NCBI RefSeq assembly: GCF_018350175.1
Contig: NC_058383.1
Span: 24,616,001 to 24,680,000 of the forward strand
From: Felis catus
Lineage: Eukaryota
Direction: 5' to 3'
Length of the DNA: 64,000 bases
Below, in pieces: positions 1 to 14,400 of this stretch. How positions within the stretch are numbered: the first letter of the stretch is position 1; each line of letters opens with the position of its first letter. The notes beneath the pieces were generated by a model. The model made no database searches, was not told the DNA's origin, and was given only the letters and a program-made list of their open reading frames with translations. Both the position numbers and the translations under genes were made by a program.

Positions 1-69
1 AGTGGACATTGGTACACATGGACAGAGTATATTACTAAAGAAGAGGAAAATATCCCAGCTAATGCCAAG
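1..69 (+). CDS. DNAH3: DNAH3 exon (window exon 1, 5'-truncated): [23 protein letters not shown]
   Basis: Open frame from base 1; donor AAG|GTAAAA at 70; phase 0 matches the next exon. Confidence 0.85.
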
Positions 70-3000
70 GTAAAAGAGAGGTATTTGTCATGGAACTTTG
101 GTTTCTAAAATGACCTGAACTTTCTCCAAGGTGGAGGAATTAACGTCAACTCTTTATTAGCATTTTTAAGAACTTTCTTTAGAAAAAGTTTCAAACATGA
201 GCTGGATCAGCCTTCAAAAGCTTGGACTTTAGAATTAGAGGCACAGATTCCTTACTCGGCCCTCACACTCTCTGCCTCAGTTTACTCAGCTACACAATAG
301 CAAAAAAAATACTTGAAGGATGTTCAAGAGAATTGAAGGTAATATACCTGAACACGTGGCACACATCATGTGCTAGATCCATGTTGATTGCTATTTTAAT
401 TATTATCATTGTCATGTGGTCAGTTATCAATGCTGGGCAGTCATCAGTCCAATGCTGGGCGGTCATCAGTCTTACCTCTCAGACATCTCAGCCAAAAAGG
501 ATCATTGTCTTTTTTTCAAAATTCCCAGAGAAAGATTTCCTTGATCAGAATTCTCAGAAAAACAAGTCTAGCTGTTTTTCTCAGCTCCAACTTCTCCTTG
601 TAGAAAATTTGCCTCTATTAGTAGTTTCTAGTGAACATACTTTACCTTTCTGGGGGTGGTTGCAGATCATTCAGGCCCCAGATGGAGTAGTGGACAATGT
701 ATAGAAAAGTGGGAATATTGACAGTCAAGTCAGGCAGCCAGCAGGGTGACAGCTGCTCCTGAAGATGGTGTGATAAGCAGAGGTGGATGTGTGCTGAATT
801 TTGGGCACACTCTGGGGGCTGAGTGTTGTGCAGAAGCCCTGAGCATGGAGGTCCAAAACTTGAATTCTCCTTAAAGAGCTTAGTCACCTGAACCTCCAGG
901 GGGGGTTGAAATCACACTGAATTCATACAAATAAGAGAGTCCTATGCAGAGAAGATTTTAAGTTGTGCTGAAAAATTTCCCCTTGTCAAAGTGTTGTGGT
1001 CTTTGAAAATAAAAATCTCTGAAACCCAACTTGCTTTAAATTCCATCTTGATAGAAAAATAAGCATTTTTCACCTGGCCCTGTATTCAGCACCACTTACT
1101 GGCCACATGACTTTGGACAAATGAGCCAGTAATCTTCCAACCTCAGAGGGTTACTGGGAAAACTGCAGGGGATAATATAGGCAAAGCCTCCTAAGCTCAA
1201 CACCTATTAATGCTCTTCCTCTATACTTCAATTCCCTTGCCTTGTCCCTTTTCCTTTGAGCAAATTACTTATCAAAAGAAGCCCAGCCTTTTTCTGCCGA
1301 TATTTACAGGGCTGCCTTGTTGCACAGACTCACTTGGTGCCATTGGCATTGTGGTCTAGCTTTGCTTTAGTGGCACCACTTACATAAAACACAGTAGGAA
1401 TGGTACTTTCTGGAGTTGTGCAACACACTGGCTCCATGTTCACTAGCCCCTTCCAGCCTAAACATAAGGAGATGTCAGCATATGATATACATCTTCCAGT
1501 CCCTTCCTCTGTCCCCATGGAAGGACCAAATGTGACCAAATGGCCAATGACAGTGTTCAGGCTCAAAGAAGCCAAGCTAAGGTAAGGTATTCTACTCAAA
1601 GTAATAGGGAGTCCATGACTCCAAACCAAGCCCTTAGAGTCCAGTTGGGGTTTGAAAACCAGGAAGAGTGTTGTAATCCCCATATTGGAAAAAGGGTTAA
1701 GTAGGGGTGGGTCCTAGAACCAAGGATCCAAGTGTTGGAAAAAGGCAGAACAGGAGTGAGTGCAGGGAAGGGGGCTAAGTGTCACAACCCACCCTCCTGA
1801 GCCAAGCAGTATGGAAGATGACATATGGGAGGTGGACCTTCCTTGCCTGGGGCAAGGCAGACAGGTTGGTTCAGAGCAATGATCTCAGAGGGCAACAACT
1901 ATAAACTGATCATTAATGTAATTGGTGTTTATTCCTTGATAGTTCAGTGGTTAAGAATATAGACTTTGGAATCAGACAAGCTAGAATTCAAGTCCTTGTA
2001 TTTCTACTTACTTGTTGTATTACTTGCGCAAGTTGCCCAAGTTGGACCTTGGGCAAGGTCCAAAAAGGTCTGGACCTCAGTTTCCTCACCTACAAAACAG
2101 TGCCAATAATGCCCATTTTGACATGTATGATCTCATTTTAATCCTCAAAGCATGTCAGTGAACTGGATGCCATTATTATCGCATTTAAAAGGTGAAGAAA
2201 CAGAGGCCCTTGGCGAGGTTCAATACTCACTTGAAGTCATAAAGGTAGTAAGGGATGGAGCTGAATGGATAGTAAGTATCCTGAATGCCAAACCCAGCAT
2301 CTTTGGCCCAGTAATAAGACTGTTTCATATCTTTGCGGTACAGGTCTCAGAACTCATCATCTCCACAATGGAGACAGCCAGGCAGTCTTTCTTCTTGAAA
2401 ACATACCTGGACCATGAAATTCCAGTGCTATTTGTGGGGCCCACAGGCACTGGCAAATCAGCCATTACCAACAATTTCCTTCTCCACCTTCCCAAAAGCA
2501 CCTACCTGCCCAACTGCATCAATTTCTCTGCCAGAACCTCAGCCAGTCAAACTCAAGATATCATCATGTCCAAGCTGGATCGACGGCGGAAGGGTCTTTT
2601 TGGGCCTCCCATAGGGAAGAAAGCAGTGGTATTTGTGGGTAAGGCATTGGCCTGAATCTAAACAACCAGATGCTTCTGTGCTGCAGCAAACCAGAACTTC
2701 CCTTTGTAGGGCCAATGTACAATTCTTTTACTCTCTCTGAGACATAATATATTTCTGGTTAATGTAGTGTTCCTTCCCTCCCTTTTTCTTCTCCATCCTT
2801 CTTTCTGTCCTTCCTTCCCTCCTTCCTCCCATTTTTATCCCTCCCCCTTCCCTCCCACTCTCCCATGTTTAATTTTGACTTTCCTTTCCTTCTTTCATTA
2901 CCAAGTATTTGTTGATTAAGTGCTATATGTCATATCTTCAGTAAGTAAGTTGTAGTCCAGGCCTTTTTGCCCTGAGGTAACTTCCAAGTTTCTCTTGAGA

Positions 3001-6000
3001 GGAAGATGAGCCTTTGGATCAAGCAAGGTTACCTTGTAGTGAGAATTCGTTCCAGAAGGGTATTTACCCTCTTGGATCTCCAAAAGCAACACTCACTTTG
3101 TGATAAACTCCTTATTCCATTTTTTTTTTGTCAGATAAATGTTATCAGTAAATGAAGAAACCTAATATTTGCTAAATAAGTATTTTGAAATAAGCACATT
3201 GAATATCCCCAGGATTTTACCTGTTTACAAAGCACTTCCTCATTTATTTCATTTGAGCCTATTATCCCTTTGAGGTTATTAACCATCATTATCATTTTAC
3301 CAGTGAAATTGAGGCTCCAGAAGGTTAAATTCTCTGTCAGACATCTAGAAAATTCTGGAGCCATAACCCAAATCCAGATTTCTTGGTGCCAAATACATGA
3401 TATTTTTCACTATCTTACTGCTAACTCATAGGGTTTTCATTTAGTAAAAGTAATGCCCTAGTCGTCTGGGTTATCTCATATCCTGTCCTTAAAATTCATG
3501 TATTGATAGTGAATATTGCATGTATTTATATCCTTACCCACTAACATTACCTTCTTAAAGGCAGAGATCCAATTTTGTTTTGTTTTCTTTTTCTTTTCTT
3601 CCTTTCCCCTTTCCTCCAGACTGTTCCCTCTTCCTATCTTTATGGTATATACAGAAACATTTTTTTAAATGTCTTAATGCTAGTTTATTTTTGAGAGAGA
3701 GACAGAGAGTAAGTGGGGGAGGGGCAGAAGGAGAGGGAGACACAGAATCCGAGGCAGGCTCCAGGCTCTAAGCTGTCAGCACAGAGCCGGATGTGGGGCT
3801 TGAACCCACAGACTGCAAGATTATGACCTGAACCGAAGTCCAACACTTAACTGACTGAGCCACCCAGACCCTCCTATCCGGAAACAATTTAAGCTTTGCA
3901 GCAAACAGATCTAGGTTCAAATCTCACTTTCTAACCCTAGGCATATTGTGACTTAACTTTTGTGACCCTCAGGTCCTCACCTCTAACATAAAGGTAATAC
4001 TATCTTCCTTATAAAGTCATCATTTGGATTAGGTGAGATAGTGTGTATAAAACTACTAAAATGTTATGTGACATAAACTGGGCATTCAGTTAGTGTTCGT
4101 TAGAGAAAAATTAAAAGGCTTTCATTCTATTGAGTGTCTTCTATGTGCAGTGACTAGGTCACACAATATGCTTTTGAGGAAAATCAACCCCTGCCCTTGA
4201 GAAAGTCACTATCTTTTCTTGCCATTTTGGTTTTGCTCCTCAAAAACCCTTGCTTAAAACCTTTCTCCCACTGAGGTTCAATTGTTACCTGCCAGTAAAA
4301 TTATACACACTGTTGGCTGGGAGTATGATTGTCTTCCTCACCATCATATCCCCAGAAATTAACAGTGTCTAACACATAGTAGACATTCAATATAGTGTGG
4401 TTGATGGAATGGGGAAAAAATTAAATGCCTGTTTGTTGATGCCAATCCATGCATCCTTAATGTCACAATGGGCAGAGATCTCAATGAGTCAGGAGAGCCC
4501 AGAAATTTTCTTCCCATATGGTCAGTATGTCCACTGGCTGAGCTCTTCCTGGAGTGGAGAGGGGACAACTAGTGGAGAGGGGACTCCTCTCCCATGGAGG
4601 GAATAGTTATCTGTTGTCTCCCCTAGACTTAGAATGTGTGGCTTCTTTCCCCAGATGACCTTAACATGCCAGCCAAAGAAGTGTATGGGGCCCAGCCCCC
4701 CATTGAGCTCTTGAGGCAGTGGATTGACCATGGTTACTGGTTTGACAAGAAGGACACAAACAGGCTGGACTTCGTGGATATGCTGCTTGTGACTGCCATG
4801 GGCCCCCCTGGGGGAGGAAGGAATGACATTACTGGTACGTGACAAAGAAACTTCATTCCTCTTCATCCTCCAGCAGAACCAGACCACCTTCATGGATGGA
4901 GAGTTGGTACAGGACACTCTGTCCTGATGGAAGGTAGAGAAAAGTATGTTTAGGCTATAGCCAGAGGGGGTTGGGCTAGCTCCAGGGAGTGGAATTTGAA
5001 GTCTTCATGTTGGAAGTTGTGTGAAATAGGACATGAATGTGGAAAGAGAATGTGAAAGTCTTTGGCTAGGCCCTGGAGAAACAGAGAGTCTCCTGTGAAA
5101 AGGAGAGTTCAGTGTGGCCAGCATGGGTGCCAGGAGGGAGACTAGATCAGAGGTTCAACCAGGGGTGGTAAAAGATTCACCTGTTGTGTTTGTTACAATT
5201 ATTCAGATTGCCGGAGATAGAACAACTAACCCAAAGTGGCCTAAGCAAAATAATAATAAACAAACAAACAAAACAAGTAAGAGTTCCTCCCATCATCCAA
5301 CAGTTTAGGAATACATTTTGCTTCTGGTGTAACTGGATTCATCAAGGATCTGCATTTAATTCTGAGCTACATCCTTGCTTAAGAATCTTAATACCATTTC
5401 CAGACTTAAGATTCTTTGACCTTGCTCTCCCCTCTGGCATTTAGCTTTCTCATCTGTAAAATTTTCCATAAGGAAAATGGACAGGATAATCGTATTTGGC
5501 ACATTGTGTACCTAAGAATACAGACTCAAAAATGACCACTACCAAGACATGCACTAGTAAAATTGCTGGACTTTATAAAAAAGGAAAAATTCTTTTGGAC
5601 ATCTAGGCACAAAAGAGCACGTGACTTAAAAGAAAAATAAAATTAGATCATCTTAAAACTATTCTACCACAATGCTTTATGCCACAAGAAAATGAAATAA
5701 CATTTTTAAGATACTCAAGGAAATAAAATGAGAGGCAAGGATTTTATAGCCAGCAAAGCTGACCTTGACATATAAAAGGAAAACTGTTATCAGCATGCAA
5801 GAACTCAGACTTATTTCCACAGGCACTTTCTTGGGAACCTACTAGAAAATGAGTTTCACACGATCAAAATGACTGAAAATAAATAGATATCACAACTGGT
5901 CATAAGCTTTAAATATATGGTTATTTGTTGGACTAAGACTACATGGGAGAGATTATAATATGTAAAGGCTGTAACACCCAGTGTTGTAGACACAGAACAA

Positions 6001-9000
6001 TTGAAAATGGAGGGGGGATGAGAATAACAAATACAAAAAGTTTCAAATCGTTTTCAGTTATCATAATTGGTAGTGAGTATATTCTTATTCTGAGAGACTT
6101 GCATAGAGTAGGATTATACAAATGAGTTATTGTGGAATTTTCTATTTTATTTTTTTAAGTAAATTTATTTTCTTTGAGAGAGAGAGAGCACAAGCAAGGG
6201 AGGAGCAGAGAGAAGGAGAGACAGAATCCCAAGCAGGCTCCATGTAATCAGCACAGAGCCCAAGGTGGGGCTCAAACTCACGAACTGTGAGATCATGACC
6301 TGAGCCAAGATCAAGAGTTGGATGCTTAACGAACTGTGCTGCCCAGGCACCCAGGAATTTTTTATTTCTACTGACCCTTGTGTCCTTGAGAATCAGAAGT
6401 GTCAGTATGAAATACCAAGATGTAATATAGATGAAATTAAGTGAAAACCCTGTAGTTCTAAATTAGAAATATCAGTAGTAATAACTCATGATGTCCCTTG
6501 ATGTACTAGGTCTAGGAAATAATAGCCAACTCGCTAACAATGAGCGTGCCTACCACCCAGATTGTTTTGAAATCCAACTTCCTGCTGAAAGAAACCAGAG
6601 CTTCTTGAGAAATGGCTGATTGCATATCTGGGGCAGAAAATACAAAATGAGCTTGTAACTTCTTGATATACCAGATAATGAGAAAGCTCTCAGTTTAAAC
6701 GGTCATGTCAAAAGGACTCAGTTGTCAACATAAGCAGGCTCTCACTGGCCAAAGATGGGAAAATTTGAGCTTCAACAATGATAGCAATTTTAATGGATTG
6801 AAATTTATCAAAATATATTTAAATCCACAAGTCTATAATAAAAATGATAATTGGCCATTTTCATGGGATGGTAAGGAACCAATTTATTATCTTAAAAACT
6901 GATAAATAAATGGAAGTAATCAAACATTTATCTTGACTTTCTTATATGAAATGTACCACAGTGTGAGCAAATCCTAGATGAGGGAAGTATCTCTTTACAA
7001 AAATATTCCAACTAATAAATGAAAAAGAAATGATAGAATCAGAGTATCACCATTTTACAATCCCCAATAAATTAATAGATCTAGCCAATTGAGCATCAGT
7101 AGCTACCATCATCACAAAAGGAGAGACATCATGTCTCTGATGAAAGCATATACCACCACCTACCATCTGGTCAGAGATGTAATCTGAATCTGATCAAGTC
7201 TCTGGATCCAGCTGCAAATTAGTATGAAATACAAAGGACAGAGGAACAGAATTAACTCACCATGAGTATACAGTCAGCAAAATCCTGACTGTGAAGCTAC
7301 ACATCAAACAGCCCTCATACTCATCTGGCAAAAGATGAAAGAAATATAAGGGGAATCTATGGATTAAAAGAGATTTATCAGACATAATCAAGTTTTTTTT
7401 TTTTAATTGGGAAGATTAAACTGTGCTGTGTAGAAATGAACACTTGGGTGATAAAAGACATAAATCAAGACAGCAAAGCAAATTACTATAAAAGTCAAGA
7501 TAGTAATCTTTGGAAAGAGACAGAAAGCTAAGATTGAGATGGGATATGCAGAGGGGCACCTGTGGAAGGTAAGCAAAGCTTTGTTTTTTGACTTGGATGG
7601 TAGATGTATGAGTATTGATCTTATGATGATCCACTAAACTTTATATTTGTTTTTGTATGGTTTTCTGTATCTGTGTTTTATTTTGTATAATCAAATGCTT
7701 TTTTAAAAAAGACATGCAGGCAAATTTAGAGAAATGAAAAATAGGCTATTCATTGCCAAGGACTCCAAGGAAATGGGGAGTGACTGCTAATGGTTACAAG
7801 ATTTCTTTTTGAGGTGATTAAAATGTTCTGAAATTGATTGTGGTATTGGTTGCACAACTATAATACTAAGAAATGATTGAATTGTATACGTAGTTGAATT
7901 GGATAGTATGTAAATTATATCTCAATAAAGCTGATATATAGACATAAATATATAGATATCTAACATTAGACAGGCATAATATAGATAGATATGTAAGGAT
8001 ACCACATTGATAGTGGTTAATTGGGGAAAGAATGGAGGTAAGCCAAAGATGATGCTCACTTTCTATAAAACTATTTCTGAATTGACTATTTTACAATGAT
8101 CACATGTTGCCTTCACTTTTAAAAGCAACCGTGAACATTAGTGCTGTTAATAGAATTTCTGCAATCATGGAGATGTTCTGCATTTGCATTGTGCAATACA
8201 ACAGCCACTAGCCACATGTTAGAAATGTGGCTAGTGAGGCTAAGGAAATTATTTTTTAATGTTATTTAATATTAATATTAATTAAGTTTAAATAGCCACA
8301 CGTGGTTAGAGGTTACCATATTGGACAACACAGCTCTAGAACATGAAGTCAGAAGAAAACCTACTCTTCCATATCCCAGGATCACAAGGCCCAGGAGGTA
8401 GGTGTGAGTCTGTGTGTTTTCCAGGACGATTCACTCGCCATCTGAATATTGTTTCCATCAACGCCTTTGAGGATGACATTTTAACCAAGATTTTCAGTTC
8501 AATTGCTGACTGGCACTTTGGGAAAGGGTTTGACGTGATGTTCTTAAGGTAAGAGATTCCTGTGTCTTCCACAATATTGGCCTGGGATCTTCAGTTTTAG
8601 CCCCTCTTTGATGGATTTGCCTTCCCCTTCCTCCTAAGGTATGGAAAGATGCTGGTACAAGCTACTATGACAATTTATAAAGCTGCGGTGGAGAATTTCT
8701 TGCCAACTCCCTCTAAGTCACATTACGTCTTTAACCTGCGGGACTTTTCACGGGTTATCCAAGGGGTACTGCTCTGCCCTCACACCCACCTGCAGGTCAG
8801 ACACTATCATTTCTCTTATCCAGTTCATTCAGCAATATCCTTGGCTACATGGAATCAGTAGTGATAATAGTAATTGCTAACTTTTATTAAGCTTTTATTT
8901 ATGCTAGGCATTGTGCTAAGTATCTTATAAGCATTATCTTGTTTAATATTCAGTCAACCCCAGGATTTAGAAACTAAGAACTACCACCTCAGGTACCACT

Positions 9001-11363
9001 CAAATAATTAACTCTGGATTTTCAGGATATAGAAAAATTTATCCGGCTTTGGATTCATGAGGTTTATCGAGTCTTCTATGACCGTCTGATTGACGATGAG
9101 GACAGACAGGTCTTCTTCAACATGGTGAAGGAAACCACATCCAACTGCTTCAAGCAGACTGTGGAGAAGGTAAGCCAGACCCTCTGAGCATTTGGCCTCA
9201 GAAATGGCCCCAAATATTTGACTATGTTAGTCTCAGATTTCAGGTTTCCTTCCTCATGAAGACTCAGCTCTGCTCTCTGAATCTCAGGTGATGGGATTGA
9301 GTCAACTAGTCACCTGATTTGGTGATATTATATTTGGCCCAATTTTGCTTCACTTCCCTGATAACATATACGTTTGGATCCATTCAAAGTGGTTTATGAT
9401 CTGATGTAATTGTTTATAATTAACTTAAAATACATTTTTAAGGTTAATTAATTTGTGAGTTGAGAAATGAACCGTGAAATTTTTATGGTTTGATCAACAT
9501 CCTACTTGATCTTCAGGTAGAAGACTATCATAGTTTCCCATTTGTAAATATTTTCTCTTTTCCCTTTTGATGTAAGAAAAGTTGTTTTTAAGCCTATGTG
9601 TTTACATAGTCTAGTTTTAGCTCTATTTTTAAGAAGCTGTGATTTCTCCACAGAAAAATTGTGAGTGTTTCATGTTGTATCTAGAGGCCAAGTGCTGTAC
9701 CACTGTCAGGTTCTAATATCAGGAAGAGAAAGCACCTAGAACATTCCCACTCTAGCCACAGAGTGGGGATCAGGGGTAGCACCTGTACCTCTCTTTGGTG
9801 AAGGAGCAAGTTTATTGAAAAAATGGTGCCATCCTTCAACTACCACTGGGATCTCACAATCTGACCACCAACATTTTAGCCATTTGGCAAACAGATTGAC
9901 TCTCACTTTCATGCTTTTTTCTCTAATGTCCTTTCATTAAAGTCTTTACAACCAGCAGATCCATCTATTATGTTTTTAAAAAACTATTAAAGAATGCTGA
10001 CTTTGGAGAATATGCTCAGAGGAACCACTCATATCTCTTGTTCCCTCCCTCTGTACCTCACACCGTCATCTTGGTTGGGCCACTGGCTGAATGCCTGGCT
10101 GAGATTTACCTTTCCCACAGGTCCTCATTCACCTGTCACCCACTGGAAAGATTGTTGATGATAATATCCGTAGCCTCTTCTTTGGAGATTTCTTTAAGCC
10201 AGAAAGTGACCCAAAAATCTATGATGAGATCACTGACTTGAAACAGCTCACGGTGGTCATGGAGTACTACCTAGAAGAGTTCAACAACATCAGCAAGGCC
10301 CCCATGTCCTTGGTCATGTTCAGGTTTGCCATTGAGCACATCTCCAGGATCTGTAGGGTCCTGAAACAGGACAAAGGCCACTTGCTTCTGGTGGGCATTG
10401 GGGGCAGTGGGAGGCAGAGTGCCAGCAAACTGTCCACATTCATGAACTCATACGAGCTTTATCAGATCGAGATCACCAAGAACTACTCAACCCACGACTG
10501 GCGGGAGGATCTGAAGAAGATCATGCTGCAGGTCGGAGTGGCCACCAAAAGTACCGTATTCCTCTTTGCCGATAACCAGATCAAGGATGAATCATTCGTC
10601 GAGGACATCAACATGCTTCTGAACACAGGAGATGTGCCCAACATCTTCCCGGCTGATGAAAAGGCTGACCTTGTAGAGAAGATGCAAATGGCAGCTAGGA
10701 CAGAAGGCGAGAAGATCGAAGTCACTCCTCTTTCGCTGTATAACTTCTTTATTGAGAGGGTGAAAAAGAACCTTCACATTGTCCTTGGTAAGAAGAAGTA
10801 AACTCACTTTGCCCTTTTCCTCGGGGTGTTTCAGGGTCTCCTGTGCCTAAATTTGGTCCTCTTACAGTGGTCTGAGGATTGATCCAGCCATGGCACTCAC
10901 CCAGGGCTTTATGGCTGAATTTCTGTGGAAACTTACCCTTCCTTGAACAACTATTTTAAACCTGTTTCACTCTTCTCAATTCTCTGAATTCTTCTCTGAA
11001 CCTTTTCCTTCCTTTTAGTGCATTACCCTGGTGGCCTCACATCTGGAGTTCTCTCTGTGAATGACATCCCCAATCTATCCAGAAACTGAGGCATTCTATT
11101 TAATACTTAACTGAGGCATTCTATTTAATACTTTTCTCTCGCGTTACCATGTCCTGTCAATTTTTACCTCCTTGGTCTCTCTCATATCCACCCATTTATC
11201 TCCATCTCCACTACGTTTGCACTAGCTAAACTGCCAGCATCTTGCCCAGCCTCATCTCTGCAACCTTCTAACTATTCTATGTGCACTCTTGTCCATTCCA
11301 AACCTTTCTATTCCACTGACCCAGAATGGGTTTTTTCCCATGTGCTGCAAATATGAACATTGT

Positions 11364-11407
<44 letters not shown>

Positions 11408-14400
11408 ACACACATTAAAACACTTAAAATGCTTTCTATCAGGATAAACACCAAAATTCCTAATCTATGGATTTATAAGGCCACCTGCCATACTGTCCCC
11501 TGTATCCTTTCCACTCTCCTCTCAAACCAAGCTCCCCCTTCTGTCTCTGTTCTTCACCTACAATGACCTCCTCACACTTCCCACCTGTGCATCATGCTTC
11601 CTCCTACCACACTGAAACCAAATAAAAAATGAATGGAATTTATCCAAAATTTGTGCTTGGGTGGAGATGGGGTCAGAAACAAGCCGATGGCCCCACTCAA
11701 CTTCCGTAAATAACTGTGTATGGGTCATCCATGATTCCCTTATATCTGAGTCAGCACAAATAGAGAAAGAGGATCAAAGGGCATAAACCATGCTGGCTAA
11801 GTGATGCAAAAGATCTGGAAAGGAGAACAATACGTATGGGAGGCCAGTCAGAAGTCTATTATAATATACTAAATTCCCATCACAAAGTTGCATGGAAGTA
11901 TCCGATGATTCTGCGGTGCTTCTCAGGCACTCATTGTGACTATTCCCATTATACCCCTGGAGTACCAACAGGAAACCAACCCCTTACCCACCAGAATCCT
12001 TGGAAAAACCTGCCTGCCTCTTTGCCTTGGAGGAAGGAAACTAACCAAGTCTGCTTTTCATTAGCCATGAGCCCAATTGGGGACGCCTTCCGGAACCGCC
12101 TGCGGATGTTCCCTTCACTGATCAATTGTTGTACGATTGATTGGTTCCAGTCCTGGCCCACAGATGCCCTGGAGTTGGTAGCCAACAAATTTCTGGAAGA
12201 TGTGGAGCTTGATGACAATATTCGGATAGAGTAAGCATTAGCTGCATTTTAGTACCCCAACCAAATATTCCAAATTGAAAATCCAGATATTGGCTGTATT
12301 GTTACTATTGTTTTATGATTTCTTGATTTATATATAGAAAATCCCATTTAGGGGCCCCTGTGTGGCTCAGTTGGCTGGGCATCCAACTCTTGAATTTGAC
12401 TTAGGTTATGATCCCAGGGTTGTAGGATTGAGCCCTACTTTGGGCTCCATGCTGAGCGTGGAGCCTGCTTAAGATTCTCTCTCTCTCCCTCTCCCCTACT
12501 CTTTCTCCCTCTCTCTCTAAAAATTAAAAACTAAAAAAAAGATTTAAAAAGAGAAAATCACATTTATTTAGATATTTAATAAAACACCTTTGCTGAAAAA
12601 GAATGAAATTTCATTGTTCAGAATTGTCCTGGGGATGCACTGTTGTCATAGCTATGAGAACCTTGCTCTAATAATATAGCTATTTCAATCATTTTAGAGC
12701 ATGCATTCTCGGTAGGGATGACATTGCTACCAAGGGGATGAAAACCAGTTGTTTTGAGAGTGAAAAAAAACTTACTCTTTTATGTATAAAGCACAGATAT
12801 ACAAAAAACAACCCCAAAATGCCCTTAATTTTGGCTAGAGTAAGGGAAGAGATGAGAATGTTGTCCACCTGGGTGCCCCATATGAAGGCAGTAGTCACAT
12901 TATCTGCCTTGTCTGACTCTATATCCTTAGTGCCTAGCAGGTTCCTGGTACATAGTAATTCAATGGCTATTTAGTAAATGAATGAATGGAAAATGAAAAA
13001 GTAGGTAGGGGTCAGAGTATTGATGCCTATAAATTCCTCCTTAAGAACTTTGAACTTTATTCTCTAGGCCACAAGACCCTTAACTTGGGTCCATGGGCTC
13101 AGGGATAGAATTCAGAGGGTCAGTTAATGTGAATGGAGAAAAATTATATGTTCATTTTCATTGACATCCAACTGGTATTTTGCATTTCCTTAAATGATGA
13201 ATGTAGGCAGTAAACCCCAGTAGGATTAGCAGGACTTGTTACCAATCGGAGTCCCAGTTGTGTGTGTGTGTTTTAAATAACACATTCAGTCTTTACAGAT
13301 GCATTAGTGTATCATTTCCTTCAAAGTTGTGGTAGTTTTCAGACCTGTTGCCTCATCTTATTATTTAATGCAGAGTCAGCAAGCCATGATCCACTGACCA
13401 AGTCCAGTCTACAGCCTGTTTTTATAAATCAAGTTTTGTTGGAACTCAGCCATGCCATTTTTTTCCCCACACAACAGCAGCAGAGTTGAGTAGTTACCAC
13501 TACTCAACCATGTGACCCGTTGATTTTTACTATTTGGCCCTTTCCAGAAAAAGTTTGCTGACCACTGATATATCGCAAATTTGTTTTTTAAAATATTTTG
13601 AAAATGGGGGCGTCTGGGTGGCTCAATTGGTTAAATGTCTGACTTCGGCTCAGGTCATGATCTCATGGTTTGTGAGTTTGAGCCCCGCATCAGGCTCTGT
13701 GCTGACAGCTCAGAGCCTGGAGCCTGCTTCTGATTCTGTGTCTCCCTCTCTTTCTGCCCCTACCCCACTCATGCTCTGTCTCTCTCTCTCAAAACTGAAA
13801 AACGGTAAAAAAAAAAAATCAATATTTTGAAAATGATTTCAACATAATTGGTTCCTTTTGTAATTTTATGTATTTTTTTATGATTTTGAGACTATCATTC
13901 TGCAAAATCCAGAGGCTTCACCAGACTACCTAAGATTAAGAACTCTTACTCAAAGCCCTGGTGATTCCCCAAAGTGACCAGAAATAGAAATTACTTGCTC
14001 GAAAATCATTCTAGTAGGAATATATATCTCTCCAAACCTTCTTGCAGCTCTGTTGGCCTGTCTCTGAGAATTTGGGACTCTAGCAGGCGAAAGTCAGTGT
14101 GTACCTTCTCACATCCTCACATCTGTAGCCAAAGCTGTGGTAGGTCTCTCTAGAGGACGTTGGGCCTGCCTAACCATCCTCGTGTCCTTGGTAGGGTCAT
14201 CTCCATGTGCAAATATTTCCAGGAAAGTGTGAAGGACCTGTCACTTGATTACTATAACACACTTCGCAGACACAACTATGTCACCCCCACTTCCTACCTC
14301 GAACTGATCCTAACCTTCAAGACGCTCCTGAATACCAAGAGACACGAGGTTGAGATGATGAGGAACCGTTACCTGACAGGTCTGCAGAAACTAGAATTTG

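Noticed and set aside
222..704. 160-aa intronic ORF
   Set aside because: Non-ATG start, overlaps MIR-like and tandem-duplicated sequence, no recognisable homology.
10391..10425. Non-canonical P-loop GIGGSGRQS as a possible inactivating mutation
   Set aside because: Degenerate AAA4 Walker A motifs of this form are normal in axonemal dyneins.
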